The notes below the pieces were generated by a model. The model worked only from the letters and a program-made list of their open reading frames with translations, was not told where the DNA came from and did not search any database. A DNA stretch of 64,000 nucleotides, taken from assembly GCF_006345805.1 (NCBI RefSeq), contig NC_043012.1:19406001-19470000 (forward strand), written 5' to 3'. Shown piece after piece: positions 1-13,849 of the stretch; position 1 is the stretch's first letter, and each line of letters starts with the position of its first letter. A program made the translations under genes and the position numbers. Origin of the DNA: Octopus sinensis. Lineage: Eukaryota.

Positions 1-1171
1 TTTCAGAGGAACAAGACGATCATTATTCCTATATACATCACTCTACGTAAACACTATACTGTATTCAATACGAATGTCATGCCTACGAACGAGGACAAAA
101 TCAATCATATGCCTGAGAATCTTGATTTGAGGCATCCAAGAAATGTTTGTATCTTTCTTCCGTGACATGGTGTTTTTCAATTTATTTCTTGGTTTTAGTA
201 AGGCTTGTCAGATCTAGCCACGGGGATACCGAATATGACGAGTTTCACAACACAAGGATTCTCATGGACTAGGCCGTTTTTAATTAAACATAAAAGGCTA
301 TTTTTTTATCTTCAGAGGACTGCACAGTTGTCGCGTAGATATTCACACGGGTAACGAATCTATTATTTGGCAAATGGCTTTCTTATTCAGTGGAACAGAA
401 AATCATCACAGATGTTCTTCCAGCTAAACCTATGTAATTATTGACAGCAAACACGACAGCAAACTTGATATTGCATACCTCTACTGTCGTACATTAATAG
501 AATGTATTGCTACTAGAGTGTAGATTGTTCAGTGAAGTGACTCTTTTCAAAACGTCACGTTACAGATAAGGACCTCACATTTATGGTATAGTACAGCAGC
601 TCCTTCTGTAAGCGGTGATTTTCTTTTTCGTAAATGAGTCATGATTTGATTAGACGTGAACATTCCAGCAAGTAATATTCAAAGGTCTGAACATGCTCGG
701 AGCTCCAAGATGATAGGATGGTGCAGGCTAAGTTATTCTGGGTACGTACCGAATTATACTGTTTTACTATACCTTTCAGTGTCACGCTTGCTATCAGGCT
801 CTAAAGTAGTATATTTCTTTCAATATTCTGCCTTCTTTAGCTGTAGCCTGCAATAATATCCGATATAAAGAGAAATGTTAAATATCAAGCGCTAATGGTG
901 GTTCAGGTATTTTTTTTTATGAGACAAGAACATCGTGCAGTGTGCGATGAAACTCTACGAACAACGTAATTCCTCTGCTTTGAATAGATGTAACCTGCAT
1001 CTTCGGATGTAAGTGTCATCGTAAGTATTAATTTGGAGTATTTTTTCTAACAGAGATGCTTAAACAAAGCCAAAGTATCTCCCATTGACAGCAAGCTCTG
1101 ATACATTATTTCTCTCCCTCTCTCTTTTATACTATCTAAATATCCAGCTATCTATTTATCGGAGTCAAGAG

Positions 1172-1259
1172 TAGAAAACACGAAGTTGCCACGTAGAAGG
1201 ACTGAACCCGGACAATGTGGTCAGTAAGCAAGCTACTTATCAGAGCCACTCCGGTGCCT
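1172..1259 (-). mobile_element. tRNA-derived SINE family 1, diverged 5' head fragment
   Basis: Reverse complement aligns by eye to the heads of the copies at 14365 and 40020 (ggagtggct...aagtagcttgct...ccgggttcagtcc). Confidence 0.7.
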
Positions 1260-1265
1260 ATTTAA

Positions 1266-1318
<53 letters not shown>

Positions 1319-2641
1319 CATCTCAGTGTTCAATGAAAACTAAATACTTTAGCTTTGCATTGATGTATATTAATATTTAAAGTATTTATGAATCAGGAAA
1401 AAGAAGGTAATGGACAAATTGCCGTATAGACATCAGTATATTCAAAGATATTCAAATAAATATGTGAAATACCTATCCCTACAGCCGTATCCATATTGAA
1501 ACTGGGTTGTTGAATATACCATAGTGGAGAATTTCTAGAAAGGAGCTGCATTCCAACGTGTTGGTCGAGCCTTGACAAAGATGCGTGCCTTTTGGTAATG
1601 TTTGTATTTAAAAAAATCCTTTATGAGAATATTTATATATACTCACAAACAAATATATATGACATAGTTGTGCACTTGCCTCTGTTATACATAATAGTTG
1701 CTATCGGTGGTATTGTTGCAGTTAGGGCGAACTAGGTGTTTATATATATATATATATAGGCATATAGACACTTTGAAGAAGATAAAATGATAGAGATACT
1801 TTGAGATACAGTGGAACAGAGAGAGCGGTAATTGCGTGTGCATTTGTTAAAATACGGAAACCAAGAAAAATATGACGGATCAAAAACTGCTAACCATTGA
1901 TATTACAATATTACCTCATCCATATTTGTGTGCAATACTTGCAGTCATTGCAAATATGTAAACAAAGGAAGACTTACAAGTTACCAAATGCAATTCATAT
2001 TTTTAATATTAATAATATTACTAAAACTGCATTCAATATAAACCAACGGGTTTAACTCTAACGTAGTTTAATAAAATAAATTATAAAATATCATCTTTAT
2101 ATTCACGAAACATGCTTAATAGAAAGCAATTATAATGATCCTGTCACCTGTGTAGGAAATTTTATGTACATCTTTACTATTTCATATTTTATATCAATAT
2201 TATATCTAGGAAGAATTCTTTAATGCTTATATTTACAGATGCGAGTGAAAGAAAACGCGAAGTATCAACATATTTAAATTTCAAGCAGTTTTAACCTGTA
2301 ATTAATTATTTATAATAATAATATTTTTCTGTAGGTAGTCTTTTGGATACCATAGATATGCGTGAATGCAGGAAAAATCAGTTACTGTCCTCGTATATAA
2401 AGTGAAGTATTAATATTTTAATATTTATATATAATATTATATTAAATATTTATATGATACCTCTTAGGTATTATTAATTATTAACTGTTATAGAAGTATT
2501 AAGCATAAAATGCTGACCGATCAAGAGACAAGTCGGTTTAATATATAATTGATTTATTTATGAAAATATAATATCTAATGCTAGTTTTTGAGAGACCTTG
2601 CATTGCCCCAACGTAAAGCAAATTCTTACATCCATCTTTTA

Positions 2642-2830
2642 TATTTACATTATTTACATTGGACGGATATGTGTTCTCATCTTATTTGTTTTTCCTACAA
2701 CGTTTCGGCTGATGTACTCTCCAGTCTTCATCAGCTGTCCGGGTAGAATTTTGAACCCTACCCTAGGTTCTCATCCCTAAGTTATTTGCTTTTTGCTGAT
2801 ATTATTATTATTATTATTATTATTATTATG

Positions 2831-2862
<32 letters not shown>

Positions 2863-2863
2863 G

Positions 2864-2946
<83 letters not shown>

Positions 2947-3058
2947 TATTATTATTATTATTATTATTCAAGACACAGCCTGGAATTGAACTCGAAATAT
3001 TGGGGTTAGTAGAGCGCGGGCTACTAATCCGACTTCAATTCCGGCAATGCCTTGAATA

Positions 3059-3131
<73 letters not shown>

Positions 3132-3363
3132 CTATAAAAATAAAACTACTGAATAATAATAATAATGATAATAATAATAATATTAATAATAATAATAACA
3201 ACAACAACAACATCAGCAAAAAAAGAAACCTTAGTAATGAGATCCCAGAGACGGTTTCAAAATTCTACCCGGACAACTGATGGATGCTGTAGAGTAAATC
3301 AGCCGAAAAGTTATGGTAACAACAAACAAGATAAGTGAACATATCCGTCCAATGTAAATAATG
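2642..3363. mobile_element. Head-to-head inverted pair of the tRNA-head/(AAT)n/hammerhead element
   Basis: Minus copy about 2642-3012 (tail, HHR at 2697-2740, (ATT)n, B-box) abuts a plus copy about 3011-3363 (gcgcgggctactaa, (AAT)n, degenerate HHR, same tail). Confidence 0.85.
2697..2740 (-). ncRNA. Minimal type I hammerhead ribozyme-like motif
   Basis: Minus strand reads ggacag-CTGATGA-a-gactg gagagtacat cagcc-GAAA-CGTT-gt: intact core boxes, stem II with one mismatch, palindromic AACGTT in place of stem III. Confidence 0.65.
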
Positions 3364-3535
3364 AACAGAATTCCTCCTTATTATCGATGTATTTTCCCTC
3401 TGACATTGCAGAAAAGTGTTTCTAGACTTACTTGAACCTCCACTAACTAATAGCTAAAAAATTCACTGTAACACTGCGTTTCATCTGTCAATTTTGTTGC
3501 CCTACTTCTTCGCATAGCCATAGGCAGTATTGTGT

Positions 3536-3726
3536 AGGTGCAGGCATGGGAGTGCCGCTAAGAATGCTGCATTGCAGACCCGTGTTTTCGGGTTCAGAAA
3601 CATTGCGCAGTACCTTCAGCAAGTGTTTTCAACTACCATAGATCCGATCCGGTATATTTCTTGTGAGAGATGTAGGTAAACTGAACCTGTGTGCAAAACA
3701 TCCGTGTGAATGTGTTTGTATATATA

Positions 3727-3768
<42 letters not shown>

Positions 3769-3970
3769 GTGTGTATATGTTGTGTAAGTGTGTGGTCTGT
3801 AGATGGATGCTTATGAGTATTTAAGTGCTTGTAGTTATCCCGCTAGCGCTTTCCAAACGATGGGGGTTTGTTTACGAATATGTACTCTGTGTTCATGTGT
3901 TTCACTAAACAATTATATATGGTGCCTCAGCACGTCTGCAATGCGATAACTGAAGTAAAGAAACGATAAG
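3536..3970 (+). mobile_element. Highly diverged copy of tRNA-derived SINE family 1
   Basis: Head (ggtgcaggcatgg...gggttcag...taccttcagcaagtgtttt), internal (TA)n/(TG)n tract and tail (ggtgcctcagcacg...actgaagtaaag) are colinear with 14365-14758. Confidence 0.55.
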
Positions 3971-5110
3971 CGATAAAAGGACGCTAGAGGAAATATGAGG
4001 AGAAATATTCCGATGATGACGAGCTAGGCTGCAGTTTTAGCAACTAATATCACTGAAAATAATCTTCCTTGATCTCCAAAATTTTGTGATGTTACGACAC
4101 TTACTTTGATGCTTCTTTTAATATTCATTTTCTGATAATTCTGTATTGAAATACATTCCATTCAAACATGTATAATCAAAATATAAATAATAATATTATA
4201 TACGAGGGTCGACTATTTTATACGAAAGTGTATTCCGAAAATATCCCTCATTACTAATTTATATTACATTATCATTATTTTAAAATTCTTATCTAATCTA
4301 ATAATGACAAGATATATTATCCTAATTGTTATAACTTGTTGAAATATTTATAGTATTATATAATTATTCACGAAAGATAATTTCGTTAAGGGGATTTTAA
4401 TTCTCTTCAGCTAATGAAATCAGCTTCATCTTATAAATCTCACTTCATTATACAAATGATATTTCACATATAACTACTGCTTGTGCTGATACACCAGTAT
4501 AAGAATATTTTATGCAAATATTGCCATATAAACCTCCTTATATTATTCATCGCTGTATAAGTGAAATATTAATAATATCATTCTTTGCTTTGTAATTAAA
4601 AGAAAAAATTGTTTGTAAAAATGAATAACTTTCTTGGAAATGAATAACTTTCTTGGAAAATTGGGAAGTCAGTCCTGCAATGTGGTCTGCATTGTTACCA
4701 TAAGGTTCGAATTATCAAAAATATTTTCAAAACTTAAAACTCCCCATATTGATAGCATTATGGTGTGCATCAAAAATTTAGCATTACACGAAAATTGTCA
4801 AAAGACATTAGCTGAGTTATTGAGAAAATCTATTTACAGGCAATCATACCTGTGTGAATTATATCATTATACGTGCAATATTTCCAGAAATCTATTGTTT
4901 AATGCATAGAGTTTACAGAATTTAGTATTAATCATAGATTGTTTTAATTAATTTAACGGAGAATGTTGAATTCATATTCTTCCGGATACTGTCCGGATAC
5001 TGTCTTGCATTATGATTACAATACAGGACACTGATCAAACGAAATCATGTAATGGTAGACTCCTGAAAAGGTACAGGAGTATACATACATAGAAATATGC
5101 AAACGTATAA

Positions 5111-5206
5111 GCACCGGCGTGGCTGTGTGGTAAGAAACATGCTTTCGAACCACATGGTTACAGGTTCTGACCTACTGCGTGGAACCTTGGGCAGGTGTCT
5201 TCTATA
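5111..5206 (+). mobile_element. SINE family 1, 5' head fragment
   Basis: ggcgtggctgtgtggtaag...ccacatggtt...ctgcgtggaaccttgggcaggtgtcttct matches the head at 14365. Confidence 0.75.
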
Positions 5207-8200
5207 ATATTATATTATGTTATTTTATTTCATTAAATTTTCTTTGCGTATACCATATCATGAGGTTATTCTGAAATAGGAGTTTATCTATTGGTAAATA
5301 TTCCAAATTTGTACTAATAATATTATATATGTGAATATATATGCGTGTGTCTGTATAAATGCGTATATATATATATATATATATATATGCATAAATGTAT
5401 ATATTTGTGTACTTACATAAATATATGTATATATACATATCTGCATGTATATATATATATATCTGTATGCATAAATGTTTATGTGATATATGTATGTATT
5501 TGGGGAAATAATATCCCTATTTTTTAGTAGGCGTGAAATTAGCATCTTTTTAGAAAAGAATGCAATGCATAACAAAGGGACAATTCTTCAGGCGAAGAAA
5601 GCATAATGTCAAATGCACTATTGTCTATTTACAATACATTTCCATTTTTATTTTCCTTTTTTTATTTTCAAATTTAAAAATAATATATTGTTCACGTAAT
5701 TAAATCTCAACAACAACGGAAATCGATAAAATGTGTCCCTTTGCTACATGAAAATTAACTGTGAAAAAAGAGAAACGAACAGAGAAACCTAAACGCCTTT
5801 AAAACAAAAGAATATCAATAATTATCGACTGCTATTTGTCATTTAGTTCTTTTCATTTTTGTTGTTCAAAGTTATGGATTTTTTTTTAAATGAAGATAAT
5901 ATGTAAACAAAACGTGTTTTCTTCTCTCTAGATTAATATGGCATCTTCGTGGTAAAATCATTTGTCTCATCCTTATTTACAAATATGAAATAGAAAAGAA
6001 AACAATGAAAAAGAAATGATTCACTATTATCAATAATTCATTTGCTGACTCCCAAATAATTATACCATCATAAGTGAAAGGAATCTGAAAATGTTGTTGT
6101 TTTATTTTTTACAATAATACACAATAAATACATTTAAACGTTTATTGCAATTCTGTAATGAATGATGCTTGCTCTAAATCACATTTAGAATGATTGAATA
6201 TTTGTGTCTCCTTTATGTGGTTTTCTACACATTTGTTTCATCTATAATGCCAATTAGTGGAAAAGAAAATAGATCATAGATAGAAAAATATTTTATTCAA
6301 TGACAGAAACAATTTACATTGCGAACATCGATTAAAATAATCACAACACAAATAACAAGTTTAACCTTAGGTAATACAATTAATGTGTACTCTTACATTG
6401 AACGCCTTCCTGTAAAAGGGTCATTATATGAAATGTTGCTATTCTTCTTCGTTTTATAGCCCTTAATATCGTCTCTGCTCGGCTTCTACTAAGGACAAAG
6501 TCGTAGTAACTGAGACGTTTCGAACTTTATCTTAGATGCATTAACATTTTACATTACCCAATGACTATTAATTTCAAGACAGAAAGAATTTATGAGAACA
6601 GAATTTTAGTTGTTATTACCAGCAATGGTGGTGCAACATATATTCTAAATTATATATTCACAGTTAAATTGTGTGAGCAGAAAGAAATGCAACGTTATTT
6701 AGTCTAAAATTGACTCAAATTTCTGAATGTCAATGAAAAATAACTCTGTCGTGTATTTCTTAGAAGTTATGTCTGTATTAGCAAATATGTTTTATTAATG
6801 TTCGTTATTAATAACAGAGTTTTCACTTACAATACCTCCAATTACGTTTTCGCGAGTTGTGTACTTTGATACTGTACCGAAATACTTCTAAGTGATTTTT
6901 TTTAGTCAGTCATAACGAGCAATGATATAACGCAGTTTATATATTTTTTTGTTCTTTTTTATAGGAAAATATATCCGATGAGGTCGTGGAACTTTTGTAC
7001 TCATCAGGTGAAAAAAAGAAAGAAAATAAGTCATTGCGCGTATGAAAATTTGATCACGTGTCAACTAGTTTCAACATAAACTCCACACAGCCAGATACCC
7101 CAGGATCGGTTAAAATACTACTCGTCGCTATCAATGAGGATCTTAAGGGGATAAAGTATGCCTTGACAATAGAAAATAATTGCATGTAAAATTTAATCAT
7201 TACCTTCAGAGGCAGTAAATTCCCCCTGGCCCCGAACATTAGATGGCATATTATCCATAATACAGTACTGCTCACATACATTTTACGTTGCCATTGCTGC
7301 TAAATACACAGGTCTTTTAAATACTAACAAAGTACAGTCTACTCGACAACTCTTCATGATCTCACCGAGAAGCATATTCATAGAATGCTCCACATAAGCA
7401 TTGGCTCCTCTCTACTGCTGTCACTCACAAACTCTCGTCTCTGTCTGTTTCAGTGTCTCGTCAAATGTATTTTGCTAACCAGAAGCTATCGCTCTCACAA
7501 ATATTGACTGTTAGTTTTTTTTTTTGTTTTTTTTTCAAAGAACATCAACATTGTCGAATTACATCAGTACACATGATTCTTCTACTACCAATCACTTGAA
7601 TCAGCTTCAGTGGAACGTTACTGCTATGAATTTTATCTGTCTTTTAGGGTGTCAAATAATTGTAAGTTTTCCTTTCTTCTCTGAACGGTTTCAGTGTTTA
7701 ATGAGCCATACCCATATAGAAATATTACTCTTTTCCCATATTACAGAATTTGTTCAGAATACTCTATATTTGTCATCAATGTATTTGCTAAAAGCGAAAT
7801 AGTATGAAAGAGCTGAAGAAATCCAGAATAAAGTCTCTGCGCATGCCTATGAATAGAGTCATTTCAAATCTGTAGGTTTTCATGTACCTAATATGCTCAA
7901 TGGATTCACTCTTATCATGGAAACATCGTTTTGGTTCCTGTGAAAATCGCTCGCACTGTGTTTGGCAGTAAGAAGTTTGGAATAATTTCTATAATAGAGT
8001 ACCTTCATATTTGCTCATTCTATATTTATATACAATATATCATAAGTGTGTGTTTCCCCGTCACAGAATACATTACAAAATGTTTCTGGGTAATGTAGAA
8101 ATGCTGCTCAACTAATAGATGGAATATGGTGAATTCTGCTGACATTTACGCTATTTTCCATATATCTATGTAAATGCAAACAGATATTGAAAAGGAAGTA

Positions 8201-8939
8201 AGCGTTATTAGATTTTCTTTTTTATAAGCTTCACTAAAGTCGTAAATCAGTTATATCTACGACAGCATTCTGATCTGTAACATATGTACATATTTGAACA
8301 CATAATTCAGTAAAATATGTATGGCAGTTTAGTGTGCTGGAGCCACATATAAATCACGCAATTTGTTGTTAATTCATTTATTCATGTAAAATAGTCGTTC
8401 TGTTTGAAATGGCAACTTCAAAACCATGAATGATGCAATCTCATATTGAAATAATTTCTCAGTAATTCAGCTCACATGTTTATGTAGAGATATTTCAAAA
8501 TGTATTTATACATCATTGCTGCAGTGCAAAACTTAAGCGAGACTCTACTGAAATTTGATACGATATTTCATACTGACGCCGTTCTATATTGTAACATTCT
8601 GCAGAAAATCTATGTTAATCAGAAAATTGTATGTACTGAACCTAATACACATACTCAATTATATATGTGTGTGTACGGGAGTCCGTGTCCGCTTTTGTGT
8701 ACACACATGCATCTATATATTCCCCGGCATGTCTACATATGTAGATAACACTGTATCACACATATTCATATACAGAGAGAGAGAGAGGGGCAGGAAGAGA
8801 GGGCATCTTTGGCCAATCTTATTTCAAGTTTGGCCTATATACGTATACATACACACAAACACTCGTTCGCGTGTGTGTATATGTATATATGTGTGTGTAT
8901 ATGCCTGTGCGTGTGTGTGTGTCTGTGTGAATTCATGAT

Positions 8940-10190
8940 GTGTTTCTCAAACAGGATTGGCCCAAATGCTTCACAATACCAGATATTGATATTTGCTGAA
9001 TATAATAACTTTGTGCCTGACACCAGCCATGTTGTTTTCAAATCAAGCACTACGACTGGGTGTTAAAGGAGGTGCTCTACAGCTCTAATGTGGACGTAAT
9101 ATATGTCAACTTGGCAAAAGCCTTCGATAAAGATGATAATAGTATGGTATGTCACAAGCGTGGTGATAACAGGATAATCGGAAACCTTGGAGAGATGCTA
9201 CACGACTGTTTAGAAGACAGGAGGCAGTGGTGACCCATGGATTCAATTCTAAGGAAACCAATTTAGCAATTAGTGTTCCACACAGCACTGTCTTAGGGCC
9301 ACTACTATTCACAGTTACTTTCTCACACATGACCTCAGCTCTTCAGATAGCCATCTTTCATATCTATGCAGATAATAAAAAAAAAGTCCCTCAAAAGATA
9401 CAGAACGCGGTGATATTCAACGCCTACAACAGTAGCTGCCCTCGATATGGGATTGGGCTGAGGGCAATATCATGTAGTTTAATGCTGAAACCTCAAAGCC
9501 CAGAGCCCCCAGTAGACGACATTGAAGGAAATGTATACAGGACACACTGCTAGAGGAGAGATTGCAACGCCTGAATCAAAATCAACGCGTTGCTTGGACA
9601 TTGCCACGAGTAATGATGCCTCCTTCAGTTGAATTTGGCTATGTTGGCAAACAGCTAAGTTGCAAACACCTTGTGGGATCGATCCTTATAACATTCAAAA
9701 TGAGAGAACACGAAGCATGATGGTCTGTTGGAGGACATATGTCTTCAGTCGCTTACGCTGCTGCCCTCAACAATGGCCACCAGAAACTCTTAACTAGAAG
9801 CAATTTAGTGAAGGTACACAGAATACATCGTCTCAATTGCAACACGTAAGGATTAAAATACAGAATACATCGTCTCAATTGCAACACGAAATGATTAAAA
9901 AGTTTAAAATCTACTCTCTAGTCGGAAGTATATACCATGATATACATCTGGAAGCACCTGGACAAACTTGTACCAATGTTTGGCATTGAAAGTTACACCA
10001 TCAACACAGCAAGCCGCACTACATAGCGCCAATGATCTCCACGTCACCTTTGAAATAGAGGTTCAGACACTGCAACAGCTTAGACTTAAACGGCTCGCAG
10101 AATGAAACCTCCTCATTCACTACATGACGTATCAGAGGAGGTTTCAAGTGGTTGCTTCTCTCGATCAGAAAGTAGTAACAGAGTTATACA
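8940..10190 (+). mobile_element. Decayed CR1/L2/Jockey-type LINE reverse transcriptase fragment
   Basis: Frameshifted translations NVDVIYVNLAKAFDK (9087-9131), VPHSTVLGPLLF (about 9274-9310) and IYAD (9362-9373) correspond to the RT motifs DxxKAFD, GVPQGxVLGPLLF and YADD. Contains a 42-bp tandem duplication near 9820-9900. Confidence 0.8.
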
Positions 10191-10711
10191 CACACCTCAA
10201 GCACATATATGTTTATACAGACCTCTCTTGCACATATATGTTTATAAGCTTGTATACATGTATACAGTAAATATACATATTTATGTACATGTAGACATGT
10301 ATAAGAGAAGAAATTATAATATTCGATGCATCGTGTGTTTGCATTTATTAGGATATGGTTGTAGTTCCATATCTTCTGTATCAAAAGTATTAGTTATCAA
10401 TTTAGCAATAAAGTTTAAATAAAATATATATTATATAAATTTTACTACATCGTAAATTTGCCTCTGCTATTGGAGTCAACACAATATAACCGTTGATGGC
10501 ACGTTTCTATTATTTTATAGACTGTCGAACTTCTCTTCAGCGGTATTGCCTGATATAGTTTTAAATCATATTTCAAGAATAAGTCTGTTTATATATGTAT
10601 ATAACTGCATTGAATTTTGTGGAAACATAATCATCTGCAAGTATATATTTATTTTCTTCTCTCCGTCTCTTTCTTTCTCTCTCCTTCCACCCCCTCTCGT
10701 TCTCTCATAAC

Positions 10712-10777
<66 letters not shown>

Positions 10778-10818
10778 ATTATGTATATATAAATATGTAT
10801 ATATAAACACACACATAT

Positions 10819-10862
<44 letters not shown>

Positions 10863-11184
10863 ATATATATACACACATATATATTCATCATATGTATATG
10901 TATATATATATATGTATGAATACGTATATCTATTTATACACACAAACACACGCACACACAATACATATATATATAGGTATGTGTATATATAGGACACTCC
11001 AACTGTGGACCTGAAAAGTCATCTTTTCAAATGCAGTCTCAGTATGTATGTCAGGCTTTGTAGATATGCTATGTCTAGTAAAATGCCCTACAGAATAATC
11101 ATTCATCTTCAATGGATAACCACTGACTGACCACAAAATCTGAAGATATATCCCTGTGTTGGTGCATACATACATACATAGAGA

Positions 11185-12370
11185 TCACCTGCTCCCTCCC
11201 ACGCGGTCGCACCGGCCCCTACCTCTCCAACACCATCATCCTCATAGGGATTTTTTTATGAACAAGTCTCGAGAATGGCCATAAGGATGAGAATGGGCCC
11301 CAACTATTCGAACCTGTTCGTTGTCTACGTTGAAGGTCAAATATTCTCACAATTCACTGGTGCCACTCCCGAACTATACAATCGTTATATCGATGACTGT
11401 AACGGTGTTGCCTCATTCTCCCGCGAACAAATACTATCCTTACTCTCTTTTGTCCAATCCTTCCATCCTGCCATTTAACTCCTCTGCACTATCTCTCAGT
11501 CTTCCGTCGAATTTCCCGACATTTCTGTCAGTATACATCACTCCACTCTCACTACATCCATCCACACTCTTATCTGAACTTCTCCGCCTTCCATCCAACA
11601 GACATCAAACTCTCCGTACCCTACTCCTAATTCCTCCGTCTTCGCAGGCTCTTCAGTGACAATCCTGACTGTGTCTCATTCTCTACCCATTGCTCGCCAC
11701 TTCTTCCTACGTGGATATCCCTTCACCACTACCCACACTGCCCTTGCCAGGATCCTATCTGTGGACCGAGCCCCTGCTACTTGTCCTCTCATCCGCCCTT
11801 ACGTTTCTCGTCTCCTGTTCCACTCATCTACCACCCCACAACCCTGCCACTTCAACGCACCATCCTCCGAGCATTCCGGTGACTCCAGCCCAAACCCTCC
11901 ACTTTCCACATCTTCCCCAAACTACCCTATTCTTCCTTCAAACCAGCCGTAACCTGCCTGACCGCCTGGTTATTGGTTTCATCCGTAACCCCACCTCCCA
12001 CCCGGGCATGTTCCCCTGCTTCATCTCACGCTGTCATACCTGCCCCTAATTCTCGAATACTACCATCCTCACAGGCAATGATCATCGTCCCTGTTACATC
12101 ACCGGGTCCTTTACCTGCAGGTTTAGTAACGTCATTTACTGCAACCCCTGATCTCTGTATCCTTCCCTGTTCTTCGGTCAAATAGGACGCCGCTTGGCTG
12201 ACCGGTTCGCGGATCAACTGCGAAACATTAAACCCGCAATCGACACCTCAGACTCGTGCCATTTCCGCTCTACTTGCATTGGCTTCAACATCTCTCTGTG
12301 TACGGACTGTCTTTCGACAGACCCCATCCAGGCTCACGTCTACTCTGTGTTCAAGATTGATCTTCTTTCT
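11185..12370 (+). mobile_element. Decayed Penelope-like element (RT plus GIY-YIG endonuclease), probably Neptune-like
   Basis: MGPNYSNLF and RYIDD (11383-11397), LPYS*FLRLRR, FFLRGYP, the Cys-rich linker CFISRCHTC, and NVIYC...FFGQIGRRLADRF (12128-12232) appear in PLE order with stops and frameshifts. Confidence 0.85.
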
Positions 12371-12575
12371 TCGTTTTTTTGCACCAGATGGGCTCAATTC
12401 CCTTTCTCTCTTCATATGACACAAATCTCACCTCTTCTCTTCATTTGATACAAACACACACTAGTACTGACAACTTCTCAGCACCCACACCACACACCAT
12501 CGGCCAAACTTCAGTAGCATCACCACACATACCGCTATATAAGCAGCCTCACAAACAGTGTCTCGTGAAATGAAC

Positions 12576-12870
12576 GTGTAAGTGGCTGAGCACTCCACAG
12601 ACACGTGTACCCTTAACGTATTTCTCGGGGAAATTCGGCAGGACACAGTGAGTGAGAAGGCTAGCCCAATGAATTAAAGGCTACAACAGAAACAGGCAGA
12701 AAGAATGAGGGAAAGATGTAGTGAAAATACAGCAAGGTTCACCACCACTACCTGCCTCGTGTAGCGTTAGATGTTTTCGCTCAATAAACACTCACAACGC
12801 CCAGTCTGGAAATCGCAATCGCGATCCTACGACCGCAAGTCAGCTGTCCTAACCACTGGGCCATTGCGCC
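12576..12870 (-). mobile_element. tRNA-derived SINE family 3, tail type A
   Basis: Minus strand begins ggcgcaatggcccagtggttagg (A box) with a degenerate B box; head and body are shared with 53320-53623. Confidence 0.8.
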
Positions 12871-13249
12871 CACACACACGCAGTAAAAATTCTATCATGC
12901 ACAGTACCACACCCACGCAAGCATATACAACTTGAACGCAGACAATGTATACTCCCCCACATATAACCTTACACGCACATAATACCTGAACACAGACAAT
13001 ATATACATGCACACACAGCACGCATTAACATGTGCAACATACACAAAGATAACTTCCGCCCCCATACATCCACCATACACATGCACACTGGTCAGAGACA
13101 CATACATGTTCACACATCACGTTGAAAAGCACACATCAACTGTTACACACAACACACGTTGCACAAGTACACACTCACACACGTCATAGTCACTCGCCCC
13201 TATTCACACATAGACACTTACATACTCAAACACACCATTCCCACATACC

Positions 13250-13551
13250 CACACACAGGCACGAGTACCTTCTCATGTTGGGATCACTAACAATTTTTAT
13301 CTCCCTTTCATTCCACCCATTCTTTCCCTATCTTTCAACCTCTTTTTTACCTCTCATTCACCATGTTGGACCGGTGACCTCTACAAGTTGTTTTTTCATT
13401 CTTTCTCTGCTTCTTTACTCTTATTACTTCTTTTGAAGAGCCTAGGCTCGAAACGTAAAATATTTTCTCATTTTTCCTGAGCGTGAAACTAATACACTTG
13501 CTTGTTGTGCATGCTGCTGTCTTCCAATTTCGTTTTTCTATAAATTTCAAA

Positions 13552-13552
<1 letters not shown>
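13250..13552 (+). mobile_element. PLE pseudo-LTR-like segment with degenerate hammerhead motif
   Basis: cttttgaa-GAGC ctag GCTC-GAAACGTA-aaa at 13427-13460, then the ttcctgagcgt...ctaatac motif shared with 27548 and 29310. Lies downstream of the PLE coding relic and ends in (TA)n. Confidence 0.6.
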
Positions 13553-13599
<47 letters not shown>

Positions 13600-13607
13600 A
13601 GACAGAC

Positions 13608-13644
<37 letters not shown>

Positions 13645-13849
13645 TAGATAGATAGATAGATAGATAGATATAGATAGATAGATAGATTAATAGATAGATA
13701 TATCAGGTAGAAAGTATGGTGGGTGATTACACGTGGTTGAATACATACGGAAAGTAATAAGATGAAAAACACAGAATATTTTTTTTAAAAGACTAAAGAA
13801 TATTTTAGAATCATAATGGTAACCGTGTTATACATTAATATACAAAGTA

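Noticed and set aside
100-1070. Possible Mutator/FLYWCH-like transposase relic on the minus strand (MTLTSEDAGYIYSKQR...)
   Set aside because: Only a vague resemblance; no catalytic or conserved Cys/His motif could be confirmed.
4618-4660. 19-bp tandem duplication (similar short duplications near 4981 and 24226)
   Set aside because: Ordinary slippage duplications; no spacers, so not CRISPR-like.
7050-7440. Possible GIY-YIG-like remnant (YILRCHCC...KYTG)
   Set aside because: Needs a frameshift and has no supporting RT sequence.
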